From: Ruditapes philippinarum
Lineage: Eukaryota
NCBI RefSeq assembly: GCF_026571515.1
Contig: NW_026866030.1
Location: 186,001 to 250,000 of the forward strand
Reading direction: 5' to 3'
DNA: 64,000 nucleotides
A program made the position numbers and the translations under genes. Below are positions 1 through 11,087 of this stretch, in pieces (the stretch's first letter is position 1; each line of letters begins with the position of its first letter). The notes under the pieces were generated by a model, which saw nothing but the letters and a program-made list of their open reading frames with translations, was not told the origin of the DNA and searched no databases.

Positions 1-949
1 GTACAGTTTGGCGGCCATCTAGGATTTTGGCGGCCATCTTGGATTTTAAAAATGTGGATCCCAGGCTGAAATGAATTGAAATATCATTTCCTGTTACCAT
101 GCCAAGTTTCATGCTTTTCACAGAAGGTGCACAATTATTTCACTAATTTCTTGGACTATAGTTTACAAAAACAAAAATACTGTTTTAATTGTTTGAAAAA
201 AGAATGATACCCTTTTTTTAAAAAAAATTTTTTTGTTTGTGTATAATTTTCCCTTTAAAAACAAATGGGACATGCATTTATTTTAAACCCCTAAAAAAAA
301 ATTTAAAAGTTCAGTTTTAATTTTAATCCTTTTTTAAAATTTTTTTTTTACATTTCTTTTTTTCCCAATGTGTTTTTAAATAACTAGAAAATTTTTTTTG
401 GGACAAATTTTTTGAAACATTTTTTTAAAGCAAAAATAAATTTCTTTCAATGGAAATTTTTTCAAAAAAATTTTATTTTGATATAGCCTTTTTTTAATTC
501 CCGTTTTAAGGTGAAATTGACTCTTTACATGAAGTTGGAAAAAATTCGTTTCACTTTTGAATGAGGTCCTTTGTTATTTATCAACATTTTTCAATTCAGT
601 TAATGTAGGCTATAGCTTTTCTACTTTGTGTATACTCAAATTGTTTTAATGCGTTAAATTGCTCCCATCTTTCTTAGGATGTGTTTGGATTTTTATTTAC
701 AAATTAAACTTCCATGTGTTACACAAAATGTATATTAACTGCCATGGATTTTTTGACCTCATTAACTCCAGCAAGATTTGGGTTGAATGCTCTATTTTGC
801 CACAATTTATGTTTTGATTAACAAAGAGTTTTATAATTAGATCGTTGCCATTACACTTCCTCTCTTATTTTCTTTTAAATCCAAATAAATTAAAGTGAAT
901 GAAAAATGCAAACATAAAACAGAGATTTCGGATATTTCATTCCAAAAAA

Positions 950-1489
950 ATTTCATTTGGAAATTTTTTTTCTGGGCCTTTTGATTAAACTGTTCTTCTT
1001 TTAACAAATCTAATATATCGCTTGGCCACCAACCCTTGAATTACCGGTTTTAATTAAGAAGTGAAATATTCAAAATCCTTTTTATAATACTTAAACTCCT
1101 TATCAGATTCCTCTGCAATCATTGGTCAGGCCCAGATTGGAATTACTCCCTATCTTCTTTTTTCCAATTTTCCATCTTTAATCCTTTAGTTAAATTATTT
1201 TTCATGTTAGAAACATTGCTAAATGTCATTCTTTTAGGTTTTTGCAGTACCAAGAACTTAGAATGTGTTTTATTATAATTTATATGTTAAAATTTTTCCA
1301 GGCTCCTCATTGTTTTCTACCCACTGGTCTCAATCTCAGAAAATAGATCCCAGGCTGTAAAGTTTATGAATTTTCCTGTACCAACATCCTCAGTGAGGAT
1401 GTATCCCTCGCATGTCTGAGCTAGGTCTGTGTCAGCCTCAGCATGAAGAAGTACTATGTCTCGCCGCCCTTCCCTTGTTAAGCTTGATT
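950..1489 (-). CDS. TIR-domain exon of copy 1 (frameshifted as assembled)
   Basis: ORF 1317-1547 contains RDIVLLHAEAD, equivalent to DFVILHTDDD and DFVIIHTKAD of the paralogs. Reading across indels at 1130-1210 gives HE.IILTKGLKDGK..KEDR.VIPIW, matching EIVLIRGLK...RDRVVPV. Acceptor AG at 1490-1491. Confidence 0.75.
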
Positions 1490-4400
1490 CTAAATATTTA
1501 AGAATTGAAAGTTTAAGAAAATATAAAAAATTCAACTTTACTATCATAGATAAAAAAGAAAGCTGAACATAGTTCTTTTAGACCTGGAAATGAACTATAA
1601 TTTTAGCATTGTCCTAAAAATGAGAATGACAATAAAAAGGCCTTACAGTCTCTAAAAAAGACAGTGTGGATAGTGATGAGGAGACTTTAAATGAGACAAT
1701 GTGCAAAACCTTAAACTGGCCTTTTAAAGTCCTGAATGCAGACTTCCTTTTGTCGTTAAATTTTTACATTAAACAGAATGAATCGCATACCTTAATCTAG
1801 TTATTGTGAAGTGCATACCTTAATCTAGTTATTGACTACTTTGATATGTGCATTCTATGCATCTTTAGCAGGTGATGTTGTTTTTAGCTCTGGTGTTGTT
1901 AAAAGTTTGTAACACCCAATGTTAGCCAAAATCAATTTTACTGTTTCAGCTCCTTATAACCTAAATTGTGAAACGAAAAAAAAAAAACAACAAGAAAAAT
2001 CCAATGAACCTGTAAGCATTACTTAGTTTGCCAATCTACGTAATCTACCAAATTGGTGAATATTGTTGCTGTTTTGGATAGAAGCTCTGTCTGACCATCA
2101 TTCGATGACATTGTGGATTGGTTCAGGGAAGTCTCTGTTGAGGACATTGGTTAGATAAATGTTGAAGAATTTCTGTGAAGAGGTTGTAGGAAACATTTGA
2201 AGGTGAAAAACAGTCAACTTCTGGAGGTGACAGGTTTGTCTGTGAGTTGATTCTGCCTCTGGTCTACTGTCTTCCCAATGAGCCAAGGTCATTCAAATGA
2301 CGGGTGGTGTTCTCTACTACTTGTTGGCATCTGTAAAAATGCAAGAAATATCTAAAAGTGGTTTAAGTTCAGGCTTAAATTGGAAAAGTGTTTTGCATAT
2401 TTAAGTGAATATGTCATACCAAAGAGTGATTAAAAACTATTTTTCTTTTAAAAAAATTCCCTTTATTTTTAATTAATACAAAATTCAATATTTAAGACTT
2501 TAAAGCTTTTCCTTCTTTGGGCATTTTCCAAAAATTAAATTGGGTTTAATATTTTTAAAAAAGTCATGGTTTTTATAGAAAAATTTTTTTATAGGTAAAT
2601 TTTAATTTTACCTAGGGTTTATCATTCAATAAAGGAAGTAAACAAATGGCTCTAAAATATTGTGTCAATCAAATTTTTACAGAAAAACTATTGCCAGGAT
2701 TTGAATGAAAATCGTCTGTAAGCCCAACACTGAGCTAAATAATTAGATTACAAGATTTAGTTTATACAGAATTTACTTCAGTTTCATTGTGTAGGAATCT
2801 ATAAGCTTACAGACACACTTTCGAATCCATTTCTGGAAGTAGCCAGTACTAAGCAATGAGTGTAAAGTTTTTAGGAAACTATGGCTTGCCCTTAAGGCGG
2901 TTCAAACCCACACCGGCAGCAATCCTTAAGTTCCTAGTCTAATGTGTAAACTAAACCACTTAGTCACATCACCATGATAGAATAAAGGTTAATCATTGAC
3001 ATTTTGATTTCAATTGTTTTGAAATGTAACAAGCTACATTTCTTACCTGTTTTTTGTTTTATTTGGAATTTTGGAAAATTTTTTATCTCTCAACCCCCTT
3101 TTTCCTTTTTGTTTTTTGTAAATTGGGGTAAATTAAAGGGGTTTAAAGATGATTGGGTTGGGAATTTTAAAAAAATTTTTTAGGGGTTACATTTTGTGAT
3201 GATAATGAAAGAAGATTTGGGGTTTATACTGATGGTATTTTGGTATGTGGGTTTTTTTGGTGATAAATCCCCTTGGGAATGATGCTTTTGGGTACTTTCA
3301 ATTTTGTTTTGATGAAATTTCTTTTTTGAATGAGCCCAAAATTTGCTTATTTTTAAAAGTGCAATGGAGATTTTTAAATTTTTGGCTCTTTTTTGTGATT
3401 TGAATCTTTTGGGAAATTGGGTTTTTTGCCCCCTCTTGTGAAACGCTTCAAAGAGCCCGTTGGGTTTTAATCTCTTTTTATTTTTAAACTCTTTTTTTCT
3501 TCATTTGAGGGCAGTGTTTCTCCATGGAATGGCTCAATTTATTTTTTTACAGTTTTCATGCCATGTTTTCTTTGTAGACTTTTAAAATATATTTAAGGTT
3601 GGTTGAAGATGAGTGTAAAAGGACATTGGTTTTCCTTGTATGGGCATTGGATTGTTCATTCATACATAGTTTGTCTCTCTTGGAGGCTTATCCCTTGTTG
3701 GCTTGAACTGTTGTTTCTGTTTAATGGGAACGACAGAAATGTTTAGTTTTGATCATTTTGATTATCTTGTTATATAATTTTGAAGTGTTTGGGTAGCTTG
3801 TATAAGTTCTCCGATGTTGTTGTTGAGGTGACTCAATACTGGTTGGGTTTGTTGATAATAAAAGAACAGCTGAAATTTCGATATACAGTTGGTGGTGTTT
3901 GGTAACACAGACAGCGCTGATTTTTGATATAGTTGTTGGTTGTGGTAACACAAGTGATTTGATTTTTGATATAGTTGATTGGTGTTGGTAAAAAACGTTG
4001 ATCTTTGAATTCAATATAGTTGTTGGTGTGGTAACACAGTGATCTGATTTTGATGTAGTTATCGTTGTGGTAACACCGTCATCTGGATTCGATATTGTTG
4101 CTGGTGTGGTAACACCGTCATCTGGGTTCGTTGTAGTTGTCGGTGTGGTAACACCGTCATCTGGGTTCGATGTTGTTGCCGGTGTGGTAACACCGTCATC
4201 TGGGTTGAATGTTGTTGCCGGTGTGGTAACACAGTTCATCTGGGTTCGATGTTGTTGCCCGGTTTGTGGTAACACCGTCATCTGGGTTTGATGTTGTTGC
4301 CGGTGTGGTAACGACCGTCATCTGGGTTCGATGTTGTTGTAGGTGTGGTAACACCGTCATCTGGGTTCGATGTAGTTATCGGTGTGGTAAACACCGTCAT

Positions 4401-5823
4401 CTGGGTTCGATGTTGTTGTAGGTTTTTGGTAACACCGTCATCGCTGGGTTCGATGTTTGTTGTCGTTGTGTGGTAAACGAGTCATCTGGGTTTCGATGTT
4501 GTTGTCGGTGTGGTAACACCGTATCTGGGTTCGATGTTGTCTTTGCCGTGTGGTAACAACCGTCATCTGGGTTCGATGTTTGTTATCGGTGTGGTAACAC
4601 GTCATCTTCGGGTTCGAATGTTGTTGTAGGTGTGGTAAACACCGTCATCCTGGGTTCGATGTAGTTTGTAGGTGTGGGTAACACCCGTCATCTGGGTTCG
4701 ATGTAGTTATCGGGTGTGGTAACACCGTTCAAATCTGGATTCGCATGTTGTTGTAGCTTTTTTGGTAACAACCGTCATCTGGGTTCGATGTTGTTGTTAA
4801 AGGTGTGGTTAACCGTCATCTGGGTTCGATGTCGTTATCGTTGTTGTATACAACCGTCATCTGGGTTCGATGTTGTTGATGGTGTGGTAACACCGTCCAA
4901 TCTTGGGGTTCGATGTTGTTATCGCTGTTTGGTTAACCACCGTCATCTGGGTTCGATTGTTGTTTGTTAGGTGTGGTAACAAACCGTCATCTGGGTTCAA
5001 AAATTTTAGTTGCCGGTGTGGGTCTAACACCGTTCATCTTGGTTCGATGTTTTGTTTCCTCAAGTGTTTTTTTGGTAACAACGTCATCTGGGTTTCGATT
5101 TTGTTATCCCGGTTTTTTTTGTGGTAACCACCGTCCATCTTTTGGGTTCGATGGGTTGTTGTAGGTGTGGTTAACACCGTCATCTTGGGTTCGATGTAGT
5201 TAATTCGGTTGTGGTAACACCGTTCATTCTGATTTTGATATGATTGTTTCAGTTGTGGTAACACTAACACTTGATTTCCATTGTTAGAAGTTGTTTTTTT
5301 TCTTGTTTAACACTGTCAAGCTTTAACCAGTTGTTGCTGATGAGATCGAAATTGTTTGTTCAGTCAATCTTATTAGCATCCAATACTATCTAGAGAATCA
5401 GAAATGTTGGTCGATGCTTTGATCTGTTTGGTCTGCAATTTCTCTCATTTTCAAGAATGGACCATTGGCTACCCTTATTGATTTAGGACTTGAATTCTCA
5501 CAAAAAGACTGGGAATGCAGTAATGTTGCATTTTCTTTGGAATGTTTTGGCAATTCTGTAGTTGATTTAGACTTTCTAAGAACAGCATTCTTATTCTTCC
5601 CTCTTTTTGTTATTAGTGAATTGTTTGTAAGGGTAGTATTACCAGTGTTACTTAAACCAGTCTGCCTGAAGTTTTGAACATTGCTTCTTGATATATCATT
5701 TTCTGTATTGTTTCTCTCAATGTCTTTTATTTGTTTAGGATCAATAGGAAGCTGTTGCTTATTTATCTCTTTTGATGCTTTGACATTCTCCTCTTTGTCC
5801 AGTGTTGCTTCATTTTCTGCCAT
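950..5823 (-). CDS. TIR-domain gene, cluster copy 1 (long N-terminal exon with mucin-like repeat, possible death domain, TIR exon); reading frame broken by many indels
   Basis: ATG 5823 follows an AG acceptor (5836-5837). The peptide GKNKNAVLRKSKS matches KKNKNANLRQSKS in copy 3. Putative exons: 5835-3047 (GT donor 3045-3046), 2330-~2022, ~1960-1850 and 1489-~950. Indels are dense over 160-5400, consistent with unpolished long-read sequence, so gene versus pseudogene cannot be decided. The 3' end is uncertain and may extend to ~540. Confidence 0.6.
2802..2975 (-). mobile_element. Degenerate SINE fragment
   Basis: ccagtactaagcaatgagtgtaaagtt...ggttcaaacccac...aaccact reads as a reverse-oriented tRNA-type head plus body; strongly diverged. 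Confidence 0.45.
3890..5270 (-). repeat. 39-bp coding minisatellite encoding TTP(A/T)TTSNPDDGV, about 30 copies
   Basis: Unit ggtgtggtaacaccgtcatctgggttcgatgttgttgcc. ORF 3721-4281 shows the 13-aa period. Confidence 0.9.
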
Positions 5824-6682
5824 TTTGTTTTCTGACTGGAAAAAAATGATTATGTTTTATTAGATAAAATAAATCATAATCAATTGTATTATCATTTATT
5901 ATATGTGATTTTATTGCATTAATGGAAAAAGGGTGAATGGGAATACCTTTTATCTTAGTTATCCCTTTTTGAATTTTCATTTCATGACCTGAAGGTTTCT
6001 AATTTACCTGATAATGATTTTTGTGTCCCCACTATAGGGGGGGGCATTTAGATTTACCCTTGTCAGTCTGTCCGTCCGTTCCCTTTTTTTGTCGCACGTA
6101 GCTCAAAAAGTTATTGACCTAGAGTCATGAAACCTTACAGAAATATTGATCAGCATGTGAAGTTGTGCACCTGGGTATTTTCATGTGGATATATTTATTA
6201 GTATTTTTATTGTTATTGCTCTTGACTTATTAAAATTTGCAATTTTTAACTTGTGTTGCAGGTAACTCAAAAAAGATTTGACCTAGAGTCATGAAACCTT
6301 ACTGGAATGTTGATAAGCATGACTGTGTAGTTGTGCACCTGGGTATTTTTGTATGGATATATTTAGTACTTTTAGAGTTATTGCCCTTAAATTAGTAAAA
6401 ATTTCCAATTTTCAACTTGTGTCGCACGTAACTAAAAAAGTATTAGACCTAGAGTCATGAAACCTTACAAGAATGTTGGTCAGCATGTGTAGTTGTGCAC
6501 CTTGATATTTTGTGCGGATTTTTTAAGTATTTTTAGAGTTATTTTCCTTGACTTAGTAAAAATTTCCAATTTTCAACTTGTGTCGCACGTAACTCAAGAA
6601 ATAGTTGACCTAGAGTCATGAAACCTTACAGGAATGTTGATCAGCATTTGTAGTTGTTCACCTTGGTATTTTTGTGTGGATA

Positions 6683-7419
6683 TTTTTAGCTCACTTGTCA
6701 CAAAGTGACAGGGTGAGCTTTTGTGATCGCTTTTCGTCCGGCGTCCGTCGGGTGTCCGTCGTCCGTTGTCCATAAACTTTTACTTTAAATGACATCTCCT
6801 CATAAACCACTAAGCCAATTTCATCCAAACTTCGCAGGAATGTTCCTTTGGTGGTCAACTTCTAGTGAGTGTCTACCAAGTTTGTTCAAATAAAAGCCCT
6901 GGGGTCAAAATTGGCCCCACGCCCTAGGGGGTCATTGATTTTCCCTATATGCATATAGTAAAAACTTAAAAATTCTTCTTTTAAAGAACCCAAAGAGCTA
7001 GAGTTTAGATATTAAGCATGAAACATCTTCTAGTGTCTACAAAGTTTGTTCAAATAAAAGCCCTGGGGTCAAAATTGGCCCCACCCCGGGGTTCATTGAT
7101 TTTCCTTATATGTGTATAGCAAAAACTTAAAAATCTTCTTCGAAAAATCCGAATAGCTAGAGTTCAGATATTAAGCATGAAGATTGTTCAAATAAAAGCC
7201 CTTGGGTCCAAACTGGCCCTGCCTCAGGTGTGTCATTGTTTTTAACTATATGTGTAAAGAAAAAACTTGACCAGCTAGACCTTAGATGTTTAGCATGAAA
7301 CATCTTCTAATGGGTGTCTACAAAGTTTGTTCCAATAAAAGCCCTGGGGTTAAAACTGGCCCCCCTACGGGGGCCTATATACAGGTGAGCGACTTCAGGG
7401 CCATCATTGCCCTCTTGTT
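6683..7419 (+). mobile_element. Nested non-autonomous element family B (ttttagctcac...gtgagcga...ctcttgtt)
   Basis: Interrupts a family A core in a T-run. Has a subterminal inverted repeat gctcac/gtgagc, a cgtc microsatellite, internal cores and a 3' hairpin. The host core resumes at ~7420. Confidence 0.8.
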
Positions 7420-7562
7420 TGTTTTTTTAGAGTTATTGCCCTTGACTTATTAAAAATTTACAATATTTAACTTGTGTTGCACGTAACTCAAAAAGTTTAT
7501 GACCTGTAGGCCTGAAAGTTTACAAGAATGTTGGTCAGCATGTGTACTTATGCACCTCGGGG

Positions 7563-8504
7563 TTTTTGTGTCGCCTCTACGGAGTAGTGGCGACATATAG
7601 GGATCACTTCTCCGTCGTCTGTCTGTCGGTCTGTGTCTGTCTGTCCGTCTGTCCGTCCGCCCGTCATAAAACTTGTCCGGACTACTCCTCATAAACTACT
7701 GGTGCAATTTCATCCAAACTTTACAGGAATGATCAGTACCAAGTCTAGTTGTGCATATTGTCAGCATTTTCCGGTTCAATGATTTTTGTCAGAGTTATAA
7801 TTTTTAATTTTAAAGTTTGTCCGTACTATTTCTCTTATACCACTAATGCAATTTCAATGAAACTTTACAGGATTGATCTGTAGCTCAAGTCCTTGCGCAT
7901 ATTGCAAGGGTTTTCCAGTTGAATGATTTTTGGCCGAGTTATGGCCCTTTGATAAAAAGGTTTCTTTTTCTGTGTGTTGCCAGATACACAAAAGCTTGTC
8001 CGGACTACTCCTCATAAACTACAGGTGCAATTTCATCCAAAGTTTACAGGAATGATCAGTACCAAGTCTAGTTGTGCATATTGTCAGCATTTTCCGGTTC
8101 AATGATTTTTGTTAGAGTTATGGCCCTTTAATAATTTTTATTTTTAAAGTTTGTCTGGACTACTTCTCTTATACCACTAATGCAATTTCAATGAAACTTA
8201 ACAGGATTGATCTGTAGCTCAAGTCCTTGCGCATATTGCACGGGTTTTCCGGTTGAATGATTTTTGGCTGAGTAATGGCCCTTTGATAAAAAGGTGTTTT
8301 TTTTCTGTGTGTTGCAAGATACGCAAAAGCTTGTCCGGACTACCCTCATAAACTACTGGTGCAATTTTATCCAAACTTTACAGGAATGATCAGTACCAAG
8401 TCTAGTTGTGCACTGTCCGTCTGTCTGTCCGTCTGTCACAAAATTTGTCCCAACATGAAATTGGCCATCATGAGGCGACACATGTGATTACTGATCGCTC
8501 TTGT
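7563..8504 (+). mobile_element. Nested non-autonomous element family C (ttttgtgtcgcctc...gaggcgacaca...ctcttgt)
   Basis: Inverted tgtgtcgcctc/gaggcgacaca, gtct/gtcc microsatellite and alternating tandem cores. A second copy lies at 33154-33690. Confidence 0.85.
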
Positions 8505-10365
8505 CTTGTGGATGTATTCAGTATTTGCCTTTACTTAATAAAAGATTTTTAGTTTTCAACTTGGGCACATGTAGCCAAAAAAAAAAATTTGACCTAGAGT
8601 CATAAGATTGACAAATCGGTGGAGTGTGGGGGCACCCGTGTCCTATGGACACATTTCTAGTTATAATTTTTGCAGCTCCTGATAGATAATAAACTGAGCG
8701 AACTGTCTTTGGTCTCTTTTTCTGAACTTAAACCAGGGTTTTCTTTATAAACATATAAACACTGAAGTCTGTCCATGTACAGCCTTCAAAAATCACAAGT
8801 GCATGCCGTCAGACATACTTAGAGGTCATGGGTCAAAGATCAAGGTCATATATGACTGAGGGATTGTCTGCACAGATAAGACAAAAAACAAGTGTTGAAA
8901 TCTGTGCAAAGTTATGACAATTTTAAGCAAATTTCAATAATTTGACTTTTAAAGTAAAGGTCAATTGGAGGTCAAAGTCATATGAGAATAATTCAACATG
9001 TTGGTTTTATGTTCTTTTATCATAGTATAAATCAAATTTGTACATAAATAACATAGTTATGACAATTTAAGCAAATTTGAATAGTTTGACCTTGATTGTC
9101 AAGGTCAATTAAAGGCTAATGTGATATCATGTGATTTGTCATTTGTGTTCTTTTGTCCAAGTATAAATCATGTCTGTAAATAAATAACAAAGTTGCACTA
9201 ATTTCAATAATTTGACATTGATGGTCATAGTCATTGAAAGGTAAAGGTCATTATTGAATAACTTAACATGTTAGAATGATGTATTATATGTGTTCTTTTG
9301 TGCAAGTATGAATCAGATCCATAAATAAATAACAAAAATGTGGCCAATTGTAGCAAAATTCACTATTTTGACCTTTAGTGTGACAGTGTCATGGTCAAAT
9401 TAAAGTCAATGTCAAGTTCTATTCAATCTCCTTTAATGTCGTGTCCCAAAGATTGCTGTGCCCAAGACAATCTATTTATTACTAAAAATAGTATAGCCAA
9501 TTAGCAAAAAAAAACCCCACAAAAACCCCTGAAAATTTACACTCATTTGACCTTTAAGGTCAAGGTCATTTATAATTCAATGTCTAATACAATTCTTTAA
9601 GATATTGTCCAAGATAGTTATGCACAAGTATCAAGACATTCCATTTATAAATTATAGAAAAATTCAATAATTGAACCTTGAAGGTCAATGTCAATGAGTG
9701 AAGGTTACAATCAATTTGGCCTACATAAAGGTCTTGTCCAAATAATTGTTGTATGTAAATATCAAGACAATCCATTAAGAAATAAAAAAAAGATAATGGC
9801 CAATATTAAAGTTTTTGTTGGCAAAGCTGGGAACAGACTTCATGATTGTAGAAGAACCTCAAATGTTTTCTTTAAAAAAAAGTTTGGCAAATTTCAGTTG
9901 ATAGATATGAAATATTATTGTACTTTTGTAGAAAACTAAAAATTAATGCTACATGCCTTATTAAAGTTCTGGGCTTTTATAGTTTAGGAATTAATAATTT
10001 CAATAACTAAGTGACCCCCAGAGTCTAAACAATTTATTTAACTTTTGTAGAGGTCAACTAAGCAATGCCACATACCAAATATCTAAGCTGGGGCATTTTA
10101 ATTTCACATAATATTGACCCAAGGAGAATGATATGTATCAATTTTATGGAGGTTCATATGGCAATGCTACATAGGAAAAATTTAAACTGTTGTTGTGAAA
10201 AGAGGGCCACGTTACCGAGGTTAGACTGTATAAGACATACTCAGTTTTGAATTTGCTAAGGTTACTGACCATGTCAAGACTGGGTTAGAGGTTATAGTAT
10301 TAGGAAGCTAGGAAAAACAATTGCATTCTTAGATTTATTTTTTCTTTAAAATTCAAAACAAATGA

Positions 10366-10602
10366 TGAACAGGGTGAGCAAATGTGCAGCCTGAACATGA
10401 CTTGAACTCAGGACCCCAGAAATACCTTTCCACAGCTCTACCAACTGAGGTATACTGCCCTTTACACATTTTTCCCCTGTATTAAGTGAACAGTTCTGAA
10501 CCATGACATACTATCCCGTTATATTGAAATTCGTTCTCAAATTTCTATGGGTCACAAAGCAATTTGAATTAAACTCTGAACTCTATGCAGTCACGACCCC
10601 AC
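10366..10602 (-). mobile_element. TRIM-like miniature LTR element, copy 1 (internal region plus one tRNA-containing LTR)
   Basis: The reverse complement matches the internal segment 10981-11069, followed by LTR tgtcatggttcagaactg...ctcaccctgttca (10508-10366). The LTR has an A-box-like tacctcagttggtagagc and a B-box-like gagttcaagtc. Confidence 0.75.
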
Positions 10603-10741
10603 ATCTCCTTTTTTGTGGCCTTAAATTGGCAGAATAATACATGATTTAAGCATCAATCTTGGATCTGCTGTCAAGGGACAAAATGGGACCCAATTAAGGT
10701 TTCTGCCAATTTAAGGTCCCCCCCAAAAAAAGAAGATGTGG
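10599..10741. repeat. Short foldback/MITE-like inverted repeat
   Basis: ccacatct...ccttaaattggcagaa on the left pairs with ttctgccaatttaagg...agatgtgg on the right. Confidence 0.7.
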
Positions 10742-10825
10742 TCAGATCACTTCATACTGATAATTTTCATTAATTGATATATGATATTTATCTATGTTAA
10801 TTGATTTTAAAGGATATGATATTTA

Positions 10826-11087
10826 TGTCATGGTTCAAAACTGTCCACTATTCATAGGAAAAGTGGCAGGATAGCTCTGTAAGAAGATTCTCGGAACAAT
10901 ATTCTGAAGATCCCGGGTTCGAGTCCCGGTCAGGCTACACATTTTTCTCACCCTGTGACATTTGGCACCCAACGTGGGGCGGTGACAGTGCATAGTATTC
11001 AGAGTTAAATTCAAATTGCTTTGTGACCCTGAGAAATTCAAGGACGTATTTCAATATAGCAGGATAGTATGTCATGGCTCAGAACTG
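10826..11087 (+). mobile_element. TRIM-like miniature LTR element, copy 2 (LTR - tRNA-Lys PBS - 89-bp internal - truncated LTR)
   Basis: LTR 10826-10960 is bounded by TGTCA...TGACA and contains B box gggttcgagtccc. After 2 nt comes tggcacccaacgtggggc (17/18 to the tRNA-Lys(CUU) PBS TGGCGCCCAACGTGGGGC). The LTR start recurs at 11070. Confidence 0.8.

Larger units (their letters stand above)
6017..8662 (+). mobile_element. Non-autonomous tandem-core element family A (Pearl/HINE/Helentron-like), hosting two nested insertions
   Basis: Starts tttttgtgtcccc, has a gtcc microsatellite and ~165-bp tandem cores, and ends gggggcacccgtgtcctatggacacatttctagtt. The same termini occur at 18262-18906 and 58702-59062. 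Confidence 0.85.

Noticed and set aside
1-160. Repeat end with ggcggccatct.ggatttt motifs
   Set aside because: Probably a transposon terminus cut by the window edge; too little sequence to classify.
160-5400. Programmed frameshifting or RNA editing to explain the many indels
   Set aside because: Homopolymer expansions affect coding and non-coding sequence alike, which is typical of unpolished long-read consensus.
4067-5863. Plus-strand ORFs (MVTPSSGFD..., MATLIDLG...)
   Set aside because: Antisense shadows of the minus-strand exon and its repeat.
10865-10937. tRNA gene or ordinary SINE
   Set aside because: Embedded in a TG...CA unit followed by a PBS; better explained as an LTR.
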